Shown here in pieces: positions 12,926 to 24,829 of a stretch of 51,726 nt of DNA (position 1 is the first letter of the stretch; each line of letters opens with the position of its first letter). Where the stretch lies: assembly GCA_002633005.1 (NCBI GenBank), contig NMRA01000849.1:69571-121296 (forward strand). Reading direction: 5' to 3'. Source of the DNA: Phoronis australis. Its lineage: Eukaryota; Animalia; Phoronida. Position numbers and translations under genes: made by a program. The notes beneath the pieces are model-generated. The model had not been told where the DNA came from. It ran no database searches and saw only the letters and a list, made by a program, of their open reading frames with translations.

Positions 12926-14930
12926 AAAAAAATTCCTCGTCACCACTGCTGTGAACAAGGTCTCCGTCACTCACACTATTGTCACTGTGATACGGGTCAC
13001 CGAGTCCAGCCTTTTCAGCTTACAACACACTAAACAATCCCTAAATCCAACGTAGTTGAGTTCTCTACTAACCTATGTTGCTGCAGAATACTCGCCGATG
13101 GAAAGTGGTGGTGACAATTGTTGAAAAACATCACAAAACAAAAGTAGAACAGAACAGATTCGCACGGTAAACTCAACGCAAAACCAAGTGGCGGGAAACG
13201 CTTGCCGCCTAAAACGTCACTTCCGGAGTAGCGGACGAGTTACTAATAAAATTACGAAAAACTGTAATTAAGTGGAAAATATGTCTAGGATAACCATGCA
13301 GCCTTATTTTAGCTCAAAATGACATGAAAAAAGGTTGCCTTCGCCTTTAACAGCCAGTACCTGTAAGCAGCGCTGCTGCGACGTTGAGTAGTGGGAGTGA
13401 ATACAGACCCAATTCCACATCCAGTGAACAGGACAGTTTTGTTGTTCAATGGACATATATCGGTGAGCCAAACCTTTATAAGTTTATTATGGACTTGTCT
13501 AAAGCATCTGAGCTATCATTAGAGCTGCCAGGTGTGTGGCGAGGGAGTCACACGGCGGTATGCAAGCAGTTTGTGTGTCAGGTCACTATCCAGCGGGAGT
13601 GTGTCCCGGGACACTCGGGCAAGTGGGACAGTTGTTCCTCTGTCAGTGAGACGATAATGAGTACAGCCCGGTACACAGTAACAGTCTGGCATGATGACTG
13701 ACTGGTTAACAAAATTAAACGATGCCGAACTTGTCACGACCGAGATAGAACAACGACTGACTGGGCAGCTCTCACAGTCAGACTATATGAAAATATATTG
13801 AAGCGAAATTCTTGCCTCCCAAAACGTCCCTACTGGAGTAGAGGACGAGTAATTATTTACACTGCCTAAAAGCTGTAATTAACTGAAAAATATGGCTGGG
13901 ATAATCAACGAAACTTATTTTTGCTCAAAATCATATGGAAAAAGGTTGTTAAACAGGTGATTTAGTATTTACATGTTCGTCGTAGAAAGTAGTTACGCCT
14001 TGGTACACACGTAAAAACTTTACCTGAGCTGCCATGCTGAACCTGCGGTATGGAGTGTGAGCGGACAAGAAAAAGAGGGGTGGTAAAAGATGTCAGCAGC
14101 ATTTGCCGGCAAATCAACATGACAGAAACTGCCTCGTTCCAAAATCATTTTCTGAAAGATCCTTTGTCGTTAAGAGTGCGATGTGACTTGAGAACATCAT
14201 CAAAAGTGAACCAAGGAAATGAAGTAATTTTCGGCATACCTATACTTAGTAACCTAGAGTTTAAATGTAATTGTATGAGCCATTTGAGGGTAGTCGCGGA
14301 GGGTCCATTTGGCGTAAGCGGAAATGATGATATTTTCTGAAACTGGAATTATCAACGGCATGTTTATTGAAATAGTGAGATGGTGAGCGCTCATAGAGAA
14401 CTTGTGAACAGTGCAGAGAGTGATGATTATTTTATAATCCATATGTGCCAACTTAATGAAAAGTGATTTTCGACCAAAACTCTGAACAAAAACAGAAAAC
14501 GTTAAAAATAACGAAGTGAGCCTGTCCGAAATAGCCTTAAGTGACAAACAAACACGTGTACAATTTTAACTGTTATTTAGTTAAACGACACAAACGTTTA
14601 GACAAACTTTGTATCATGCATACAGTACATGTCCTTTCCTTTTCGTTACAATAACCGACATGTACTGCTGGCATTCGATAACTTGGTCAGCACACATAAA
14701 CTATTAGCGAAAGTTTGTTCACCCACCGAATTAATGGCAATTTTCACTTCAGTGTGGTGATTTACAGTAATGTTGCCGACAAGTGATAACGTTTTACAAA
14801 GTATGTTATGAAATTTCGTTTCTCATGATTAAAACAAGTAAAACTAACGTTTTGAAATTTACTATGCGCCAAAAAGGTTGAACATTTGTTGAAACTCGGC
14901 AGATGGGCGAGGGATTAGAGTATTTTTCAG

Positions 14931-15122
14931 AATGTCGTGTCCCCTTTTCGAGCACCGAAGTAGATGAGGGTGAAACTGAAGTTCTAAAGACTATAGACGG
15001 CCTTGTTTTTGAAGACTACAACCAACAAAAGACAGCAAAATGTGGACCAGGGAGTATCTGGGAGCCACCGTACGACATAATTCACCCGCCTTCGTTAGAT
15101 GTGTATTTCATCAGTGCTCCTG
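14931..15122 (+). CDS. Mosaic lectin gene exon: divergent sushi/CCP-like module (phase 1-1)
   Basis: tttttcag|AA TGT...CCT G|gtaagc. Reads ECRVP...GETEVLKTIDGLVFED...KTAKCGPGSIWEPP. Confidence 0.55.
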
Positions 15123-15786
15123 GTAAGCATAGCCAGCAGCAGTTTCCCATTACAATGGATGCCCTGCATATTGACCCATATCAGCGGAAACTCTCCACCA
15201 GGGCGATAGCCATGTTGCATCCTTCTGGTAGCCACCTGTTCAGCCGCGTTCCCTCCCCGTCGCTGCCCAATTTGTTACCCCCATGTTCAGTCAGTATTCG
15301 CTTTTGCGGGCTGCATCTCGCCTCAGTTGCCAGTCCGTTAACTCCCTGGCTCTCTTATTGCCTTGTGAAGGCAGGCTGCCCGTTTCAATGTGCTCAATTT
15401 CTGCCTTAGATCTTGCGTTTTTAATTTCAATATACATACATCACATTGAACGGTACTCCAGTGACAGTAGTTCGGATTTCTTGATTCATCCGTAATACTT
15501 ACACCCTACAAGACAAGATGGCGTGTAACCACAACTTGATATTCATCCACCAATAGGCGACGTTACATACACAGGTAGAATGTACATGTACAAGAGTGCT
15601 ATGGAATTGAATTTAGACCCTTGAACTGCTTATGTTTAAACTGAGAGGTTAAAACATGCTACTGAAATCAAATAATTCAAATTTAGCATACTAATTGTTG
15701 AAAACGTTCCCTTGTATTAGCTATGATGTTGATCTCATGGCATATCCATCAAACATAATCCAAAACTCTCGATAATATTTCTCAAG

Positions 15787-16032
15787 GTGGAGTCAGCGTC
15801 ATGACGCGGCATATAGGTATGGCATTCGGAGGAAAGGTCAAGGCCATTGCCGACGTTTACTGGGATAGCGAGATGTGTTATAAGAACTGCCTTGAACGCA
15901 AGAACTGTTTTTTCGCCTTGTGGAATATGGTGACGGATGAGTGTTCTCACTTGAACAAGGAACAGTACCCTATGGCCTTGGTGAACAAAAGCTGTTGCAT
16001 CTTGTACGAGAAAAAAAACGTCTACATCCCAG
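15787..16032 (+). CDS. Mosaic lectin gene exon: PAN/apple domain 1 (phase 1-1)
   Basis: ctcaag|GT...CCAG|gtaatt. Reads SEMCYKNCLERKNCFFALWNMVTDECSHL (C-x3-C-x5-C...C PAN core). Confidence 0.75.
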
Positions 16033-17221
16033 GTAATTAATTCAAACACTTCATTTGCTGAAAAGGAACTTGCATGCCTGTTTAGTCAGAACATCAGCAC
16101 TGGGTTTAATGGTGTCTCACGGCTTGGACTTAGAAAGAAATTGGCGCAATGCCATAGCGCATCAAATTCGGACCTGGAAATAGTCATATTGTATCACATT
16201 CACAGGTTTATCATTACAAAATAATTGACGCCTGTAACTGCAAGAATCATGCTTTTATCAGTACTTACGTGATGTTCATTAGAAATTGTGCTTGGCGTCA
16301 ACTACTTCGTTATCACGACTACTGATCTGGAGAAAGATTTTATCATACGATTTTACGACTGTCGTAAAATAGTAAGACACAACTGATCAGCATTGCCAGA
16401 GATAGAGGCCAAAACATGCCCTTAAAGTTAGTGAAAAATACTAAACATTGAGCGCAATAGCTTTCTTGCAGTAGCTAAACCGAGATATGATTCTTCTGGT
16501 TTGAGTTAAATTATTTTGTTTTTGCCCCACAATTATTTCCCGGAAACCATTATTTGCGTCCCTTCAGCTTCGCCATAATCTGTATAATGTATAGACTGAT
16601 TCCATCACGGAAACTGTCGAATACCTATAGTTAGCACTATACTGAAGTCACATGAGTACTTCGTCATTACATTCATGTTTGATTATAACACGAGTCGGAA
16701 CAGATAAAGAAGCCATATCAGCTGGTGTGCTTGCTTGTTTTTGTTTATTTGGTAGCAATATAGAAAGGTTTAGTGTTAAAAATTTTGAGTACCCTTATCC
16801 CAGTGTCAAGCACAAAATCGGTGAATAACTTCTTGACTATCTGTGCTGGGCTTGTGAACCTACGAGCTGAACTAATGAGAGATCAACATTTGGAAGGCAT
16901 AACTTAAAAGAGTCTTTGTGTTGCCCATTCCAAGTGGTTACATGTACTGTTTTCTGTGGGTAAGTTGGTATACACTTTGACAATTCATACCAAACATGTA
17001 TATGAATGAAAGCGTGCATGTATATTTTATATGGTAAGATAGTAAGCTTGGGAAAATATCCGTACTTCAAGCAGCGAAATCAGCGAATGAGTTACAAAAG
17101 TCTTAGCCTCAACTTCATCCACTAGGCTTTGCAGAAATTACTGATTCAATACAATGTTCTTGGAATCACGAGATGAAAACATGAGGGACATACCGTCTAG
17201 CAGGATTGCTCTAAAACCTCT

Positions 17222-18030
17222 TCGACCCCCACATTCCACAAACCCCTCGAACCACGACCTCCTTGACTTACGACGTCCTCGACTCAGGGCCCACAACCCG
17301 CTGGTCCCAAGCTCGACTCCATCTGAACATAGAACAAGTGCTGACTTGTAGGACCAACGAGTCAGGCCCTGAGCTCCACTGTCTTTTCCGTGTTTTTGCG
17401 AAATTATGAGAGTTGACTCAGCAGGTTTGAAAGCCAGAAAAACAGAAAGAAACACGCCCAAATCATGTCAAATATCTACCAACGTTTCAAGTGTTTCCGG
17501 CAGAGTGTAATCGTCTCGTCTGCTCTTCGTGGAATGTCAGATTCAGGCTTTTTTTGGGGGATTGGGCGAGGAGCCGACAGAAATGTAACTTTATCAGTAA
17601 ATATATATACAGTTTGTAAACATGAACTGTTAACAAAAAAATTATCTCATCATTTAATGGAGTATATTGTAAACGACTCAGTATGCATCAGAAAGTAGAT
17701 GATAGTAATGTGAAACTATGTATATTTCCTAAGTTTAGTACAACAGAGCCATTGGTAACCGCTCGTGGAATTATTTCCGTGAGAGCGATATCACGCTCAA
17801 AATCTACTATTCCACGTCCTCACACAACTTCCTGTGTGTAACCACCAGATTTGAGTCATAGCAGATTTGCGTGTTTGTATATACATGTATTATGTGAAAG
17901 TCATTCTGCGAAGTAGTATAATTGTGAAATGTGTACATGTAAAAGCTCGGATACACATACATTTATTGCCACTGGTCATGGGTGGAGGGGTTTGTGGTTT
18001 GTGGGTTGTGAGGTTGTGGGTCGAGGGGGT
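17222..18030. repeat. Inverted C/A-rich subterminal repeats bounding a probable ~0.8-kb MITE
   Basis: 17228 CCCACATTCCACAAACCCCTCGAACCACGACC vs the reverse complement of 17974-18005, CCCACAAACCACAAACCCCTCCACCCATGACC. Confidence 0.45.
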
Positions 18031-19080
18031 CTTGGGTCCAGGTTGTTGTGGGGGATAAAAAAATCAAATCTTGGATTGGAATAATTTACACCTGGGGTTA
18101 TAATCTCTTAGAGATGTCTTGAATTCATGTGTTTCTGGCACCTGTGATGTTTTGGAGATTCATGCAGTACATGCATAACAATGTGCTTTGTTCTGGAACA
18201 TGACAAGATTTTAGAATGAAACTCTTCAAGCGCTGTAGGAGTTTATAGGTTTTGTTCATCTTACTAAGTTTTATAAAAATAATTGAGGATATAACGCAAA
18301 GGTTACAGTCGAAAAACTCCAAAAAATATAACACGAGATGATAAGAGTGGTGGACATATTTTGATTATTCGAATCAAATTGTAGTTATATCCATAATGCA
18401 TCTTTTAGTAACACTTATTCATTTAATCCTCTGATTAACAACGTTTCACGACAGTTTAGCTGAGCTGGGACAGTCCGATAACTTCAAGTACGAATATTTA
18501 TTCGCCGCCCCTGGGTTGGGTGATGTAAACAGGAAGCAAGAAAGGGACCGTGTAGATGTATTTGCCATTGGTTTGTAAAAACAGTTTTATGTGAACGCAT
18601 CCAGGTTGATTGGGTCTCTGAGATGACGTCAGCATCAATACAAAACTTGTAAGGTATACATTTTTATGATAAATTTGTCTCCCGTCTGGTTCTATCATTG
18701 TTGAACTTTAAGATTGGTGCAAAGAAAAAGAAGTCGCTATTCAGGGTACCTTTTGACCCAGTGCAACGGTTGTATGACGTGAGATGTCTTTTTTGTTTGC
18801 TAGAATGTCTCTAAGGACCGCACAAGTCTACGACTTATAGAGATTTGTCCCATGCAAATCTGCTAGGTTTGGTGAAGCTTAAAACATAATTCAATCTCTT
18901 TCATATGACATTCGTTCGAAAAATAGGATACAATGTAAATTGACCGATTGAAATGGTCACCTGTCGAAGCAGAGCAATTTTTGCCTTCAAGGCAATTGTG
19001 GTATTATTGTAGTTGTTCTTCATAATGGCAGACGTCAACCAGAAACGTCATCACAGTAATGAACATTTCTTTCAATTCAG

Positions 19081-19356
19081 ACGCACGCTGCAGCCAGTAT
19101 GAACGGCTCAATATCCATTTTATCTACTCTAAACGGTTGAACGGATCGCACCTAGCGTTTGCTAATTCCATAGAAACCCCTATGGAATGTCTGATTGAGT
19201 GTCTCAAGCACGAACGCTGCCTGTCTGCTGACTACGACCAGTTACTACAACAATGCTCTCTGAAGACTCACCACTGGGTTTCCCAGGAGGCTAGTCAAGC
19301 TTTTGCCAACGCATCGAATTATAACCATATACACGTGGAATTTCAGTGTGCTGAAG
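19081..19356 (+). CDS. Mosaic lectin gene exon: PAN/apple domain 2 (phase 1-1)
   Basis: ttcaattcag|AC...GAA G|gtttgt. Reads TPMECLIECLKHERCLSADYDQLLQQCSLKT. Confidence 0.85.
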
Positions 19357-19581
19357 GTTTGTATCTCATGTTTAACCCTTCTGTACTTAAAACAGACCAA
19401 CATACATGTACGACTGTTTCTCCATCCTGTGTATTTAAATCTGTTACTTCTCATTGGTGTCTTCACCTCATTCTGTTGATTTACAGTTAGGGCAGTGTGG
19501 AAAAAAACTGAATCAAGAGTGCGTCTCGTGTGCAGTACCAATAATAAAACATTACAAATTATACCTCATCAACTCTTGCAG

Positions 19582-19759
19582 ATAATTCATGTCCACCCCA
19601 TTGGCATTACGCTACCAACGGAGCGTGTTACTTCTATTCCTATGGTGGGAGTTTGGTGCTGGACTATTCAGGAGCGAAGGTGTATTGCGAGCAAAGGAAA
19701 GGGTACTTGGCCTACGTCAGAAGCAATGACAAGCCAGCATTGTTGGAACTCATGCAAAA
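19582..19759 (+). CDS. Mosaic lectin gene exon: C-type lectin domain, N-terminal half (phase 1-2)
   Basis: ctcttgcag|AT AAT TCA TGT...CAA AA|gtaggt. Reads SCPPHWHYATNGACYFYSY...LDYSGAKVYCEQRKGYLAYV. This frame is missed by the ORF track. Confidence 0.85.
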
Positions 19760-21734
19760 GTAGGTGGACATGCTCACATTGTTCCGGGTGAGAAGGTTCA
19801 GCGGGAATTGTTTCATCTTGGTAAAGAACTGCAAAATATAGTAATCCCGTTTTCTGGACGTTGCTGTTCTTGTGTTCCTTCTACTAGAAAATGTTTATGA
19901 TTATTTTTAGACTTTCCAGGAAAGGTAATTCAAAGCACTAATCATCCCAGATGATATTTCTATCTCCCTGGTTATTTCATTAAAAACACTAGTTGCCTCA
20001 CGGGAGGTACCCTTTTCATTTTGGTTCGGATACACTATAACAGTGAATCGTTAGGCTCTTTCAGGGGTTGATAATTAAACTACTAATGTGCATGTGGCTA
20101 TGATTTAAAACTATTAAACTATTTTGCGCCCGTACTTTCTGGGCAATTGAGACATTTTCAAAAGAAAGAAGAAAAATGAATGCATGTATGGATCGGGCCC
20201 ATGAACATAACCCTGATTTGGAACTGGTTCAGTCCCCTCTTATGTACATGAATATACTATACATAGTCGTCGGGGTCTTCATGACAGAAGTTGAAGAAGC
20301 GCAAGATGAAGACGGCATTTGTAAGAATGCGTAGTTTTATCGTATAACCCTGCGATTGGGCTTATATGCAGAACATTTGGGAAGACAAATCTCGCTAACC
20401 AAATAAGCTACAAACTTCCGCAGCATGTGGTCCCACGTAGGCTATTCCTGTGTTGCGTAAGCACCCACCATAGTCCACATTTCGCCTTCCACGGAGATGG
20501 AGGTGCGCATAGGCAAGGCGAGTGAACAAATATGTCCGTGAGATGCAAAAGTTTAGGCTGTAACGCACGATCAAACGTATTGCAGTAAAATGAAACATAA
20601 AATTTTGCAGGTCATGTGTGGCAAAACAAGAAAAGTTGAGACTTACCTGTAGCAATGGTCCCGTGGTTGATCATAGTCATGCACTAATATTCGAATCGTT
20701 ATACCTTCAACGTCTCCAGAAAATGTGCTATGTCAGTTATGAGATTGATTGCTGGATTTGGCAATTTCGCATTATCCCCGTACCTATCGCGGTTATACAA
20801 AATGCATGACTATTAGATTGAAGAAACAAAGTTTAACAAAAGAACAAGATTTTTTTACGTATTAGAAGCCCTATTCATGAAAAAACATAAAAATACATAC
20901 ATGTATTGATTCTCCAAACTTTTGCTTACAGTGTATCAACAGAGGTAAGAATTTCAGTTTTTGCAAACTGACAATTTGTTGTCTTGAACTTTTTCTAGTT
21001 TTAGAGGTTTTAATTGAAATCGTTTTCGGCAAGGTGACCCTTGTTCACTTTTGTCCAGTGAAGGGACGAGCACGATCCGGAATAGTTCAACCTAGCTCCT
21101 GTCCGGTCCCTGTGTTGGCACGTGGAGGTAGATATACTGTGCAAATATTGTTTGGGAGCTGAGTGCTGACAGACAAAGCCAGTCAGTGGAAGCAGCTTAA
21201 AGAACTATATTTGGATGGCTTGATAATGTTGATCTTTGACCTTGCCCTGCTGAGTTTCCTGTCACACGTGCTCTCTCAATACGATATTTTAATGACCTTA
21301 ATATTGTCCAATTCCTATATTGAATTCATTTTGCGACAATATCCAACCGTACCATGGAAGTTGATGAATGATTTGGTTTCTCGACATTATTCCGGACTAG
21401 CTACTAGTGTGTGTTACAAACCTACATGTACGTTATTCAGGTGGTGTAGCTATGTTTCAAGCAGACTTGGTCAACACCCTGTTGTCCAGATCCAACAAAT
21501 TTGCAGTTGCTACATGTACATGTGGTTTGATTCTAAACTTATGGTTATCTCCAAACCTTATTTAGTGGCCTCTAATCTAACTCGTATATCAAAAAACTAT
21601 GCTTTGTCAACTATTAGAAGTATATATTTTCTGAAAGAAAAAAATAATGGAATATGAAAATACTTCTTGTATTACTATACCATTAATATTTTTACGTAAC
21701 CATCTTTTCTAACTCAAAATTTTATTTTTAAGAA

Positions 21735-22050
21735 AGGTACATTCGTAACAAAATAACCCCTCGGTCGATTTTAATGAAACTTTTTAAATGAAAGCTTCAC
21801 CAGTGACCTCAATAACTATGTTAGGAATTTTTGATTAGTCTTTTTTTGGTTTCTATGACAAATCAACTTGCAGAACTGTAGGTATCTTGTAAAAAACAGA
21901 AGTCGTATTCGTCTTTGTTACATTACGCAAAAAATGGCTTTGATATCGGAAATCCTAATATCGTTTTTGAGATTTATGACTAAATATTATTTTTGGAAAG
22001 TTTCAGCGAACTTCACTGAGCCTTTTTCGAGAACTTGTGTTCCTAAAGTT
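21735..22050. mobile_element. Probable degenerate MITE
   Basis: Loosely self-complementary arms (TGAAACTTT/AAAGTTTCA; TAGGAATTTTTGAT/ATCGGAAATCCTA). Confidence 0.35.
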
Positions 22051-23680
22051 AAATGATGTCGATTTGCCGAAGCCGATAAAAAGCCGATTAAACTGGGACA
22101 AGTGAAAATCTTGTTTTCGGTACACATACTCTGTGCAAGCCTTAAATATGTTCGCTATTTCAACATTCATTTACGATGTTAACTGATTTTGCAGTGCTTA
22201 ATTAACTTAAATATCATTAAAACGTAACGTTCTCAGCTAATTACTGTTGCGACCATTTGACCTACTTTTATATGTGTATAGGTCACAGTTCTCTTGTTAT
22301 AGATAGCCTGTACATGTCACGTGATGGCAGATGATACGAAACCAAGAAAGAAATGGATTACAAAAATCGAATCGGGGGTTAAAGCATGTCATTGAAATTG
22401 CATGAAGGAATTAGAAAGAGGGTTTATTTCTTTTCACAATTTGCTGTATTGTCATGACCTAGGCCTGAGGCGACAGTAGCATTATTGTTCTCAACGCCAA
22501 TGGTCCATGTAGACGCACAACTCCCTGAGGATCAAAATTACGTTTTGTCTTTATTTTCCCCGGCACCATTCTACCTCGTTTACTCAATGTTATGGCGATT
22601 TTGTGTATGAAAGGACTGATTGTATACAAAGCTATTCTACATGTACTGTATACCTTAACCGAGATTCGATTTAATTGAAAGCCCTCTCACCTTTGACATC
22701 GGATAAGTAGTAAACAAACATCGACGCAAATGTGCGGTTCCAAGGTGGTTCTGTTAAATCTTTTTTTTTTGCTACGCAGTATATATTTTGTATTTGAAGT
22801 TCCCTGAGAATGAAATTAAGGTATTTTACTAGACAAACGTGAAATGTAAAATGGCCATTTTTGTGAATAAGGCTGGAGATAACCTTAAGTGTCTTAGATT
22901 TCTGTTGCTTGGCAACTGTTATCCTAGCACCTTTGTCGACTCGTGTATTCACACGGTTATGATAAAAATCACACAGTACTCCCAGCACTGTGTATAACCT
23001 GTCATTTAAAGGATATTCTTGTGTCACTTTAAACCGATAGCCACACATACTGTTAGGAGTCATTGCCTACTCAGTTAACCTTGCTGCAGTTTAAGGCCAT
23101 TTGATAGACTAGAAGTTTTATCCAAGTTGAACCGTGGAAAGTAGTTATGCAGTATGTTAGGTGGACTGTAACAATTGCCAATGACTTTCCCGGTGACATG
23201 ACTGCTCGAAGTTTGCATCATCGACTGGCTGAGAAAAGCAAAGGTGTCAACAGTGCCTTGTGTTCTCCTTCTATCAACACTGGTCACGCTAGAGGTTTTT
23301 CTGACTTCAAGCAATGCTCTTGATCATTGCAACTATTTCAAACTTTTAATCCGTGGGGGTAATCACATACATGTACATTCGATTTATGCTGAGAGGCCAC
23401 TCAACAAGACGTTGAGGGATATGGGCTGGAGTGGCGGTAGAGGTTTAGTTGACAGATCGTGAGCCATGCATAGTGATGTTGTGGTACGGTAAATATTTTC
23501 TTTTCTGTCCACTATTATACACGGGGTCGTATTTGAATAATTTGGGCATTCTTGTAGGATAATTTCTTTCGTGTACACTATTATACGTGGGATGGTATTT
23601 GTATATGTTTTCCACTTCTTAATTCTAATGTGGTCGAAAACCAATATTTATATATGCAAAACTATACATGGACATTTCAG

Positions 23681-23898
23681 AAATACAGATGTACCAAAAA
23701 AGCAAGTGAAAGCTCTGCTCTTCGGCTTGAAATACTACGACACCCTTTTCTGGGGCTACAGTGATAAGAAGCCTATCGATGACGCATGGACCTTAAAATA
23801 CCACAAGTACTCTTGCGCTGTTGCCCACTGTAAAGATGATTGTTCCTGGGAGGATCATGACTGTGATGTCCCTGCAAACTTTCTGTGCGAACTTCCAC
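23681..23898 (+). CDS. Mosaic lectin gene exon: C-type lectin domain, C-terminal half (phase 2-1)
   Basis: catttcag|A AAT...CCA C|gtaagt. Reads ALLFGLKY..LFWG...CAVAHCKDDCSWEDHDCDVPANFLCE, and the phase matches the 19759 donor. Confidence 0.85.
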
Positions 23899-24094
23899 GT
23901 AAGTCAATACTTATGGACTCTTCACGTTAACGTAGTTTTGACTTTGCTCAACTTAGTGATTTTTAAATGTTATAATAGCTTTGCTTCCGTGATGTGGATT
24001 TTACGTTGAAGACCTCTCTTCGAACAATGGCGAAGTCCTCAGAATGCTTTGGTCCTCATACGAAGAAGTACACTGGACTTTCAGATGGGACAGG

Positions 24095-24322
24095 AATTGA
24101 AACTCAATTGAGGTTCAGTCGAGATTCAATTGAAATTCAATTGAAGTTTTTCCCATGTAAATGAATTGATTGAATTCAATAGCCTATTCAATAGCCATTC
24201 AATAGCAATTCAATAGCTGTTCAATATAGCCATTCAATTCTCCATGCAGTACAGGATCATCCCATATTCAATAACCATTCAATAGCCGTTCAATGGCCAT
24301 TCAATAGCCGTTCAATGGCCAT
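24095..24322 (+). repeat. Tandem array of an ~11-bp ATTCAATAGCC unit
   Basis: Read directly. The same motif recurs at 33810-33991. Confidence 0.85.
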
Positions 24323-24829
24323 TTTATTTCTCTAACTATACAAAATTATTTGAATTTTCTTTAAAAAATTAACTCTTTCAAAAAATAGGATGTATTGTTG
24401 TTAAAGTCCTTCTCTCAAACTGCCCATTTGGTTATAGTATCCGAAAATATTTACTACATAAAATCTTATTTTCGACACCCTTTCTTTATATTCTTTTCGC
24501 CTTTCTTGCCAAAAGCGATTTTTTAACAGTATTTGACCCTTCTCTGTGAACGTATAATTACCGGCTGTCATCGATTATTTCCGTACCCACATTTCCGGCT
24601 CATCAGTTCAGGTACTTGTCCTGAACGCCGCCATTTTTTCCTTGTAACTGAATGTGCTTTGGCTTGCTCGAAAAGTCTTCATTACTTTGTTTTATTAGTA
24701 ATATCTCGTGATTCGTTTGCACATGTAGTGTATTTATAGTTTGTAGTAAGTGGTCCTTGAATTTTTTGGAATGTTACGCGTACTTAGTATGTTAAAATAC
24801 ATGTAGCATTGGTGTTAAGTTCCTTACGT

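Larger units (their letters stand above)
11684..13346 (+). mobile_element. Kolobok DNA transposon, internally deleted (1663 bp)
   Basis: ~155-bp TIRs AGGCGAAGGCAAC...GTTGCCTTCGCCT, flanked by ATAA/TTAA, with RR...YY termini. It contains convergent THAP-transposase and KolX-like ORFs, the standard Kolobok layout. Confidence 0.85.
11384..13948 (+). mobile_element. Outer, rearranged Kolobok-family copy, interrupted by the inner element
   Basis: Starts TTAA|AGGCGAAGGGAAC at 11384. 11384-11680 parallels 11684-11985, and 13351-13645 parallels 12392-12685. 13645-13948 is an inverted left arm including the THAP start MPDCYCVPGCTHYRLT, ending GTTG|TTAA. Confidence 0.75.

Noticed and set aside
12611-12970. 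Host P2X7 receptor gene
   Set aside because: Only the ballast-like fragment is present, lying within transposon TIRs, with no P2X channel domain.
19495-19791. Track ORF MWKKTESRV...
   Set aside because: Wrong frame; the C-type lectin exon 19582-19759 lies in another frame.
21163-21657. Long track ORFs such as 21163-21657, 30594-31100 (+), 25934-26329 and 7357-7728
   Set aside because: Non-ATG or weak starts, no recognisable domains and no splice-phase support; 30594-31100 is antisense to the decayed transposon exon.
24095-24322. CRISPR-like appearance of the short repeat arrays (also 33800-33991, 47490-47590 and 8008-8190)
   Set aside because: No unique spacers of constant length, degenerate units, no cas genes, and a eukaryotic context.
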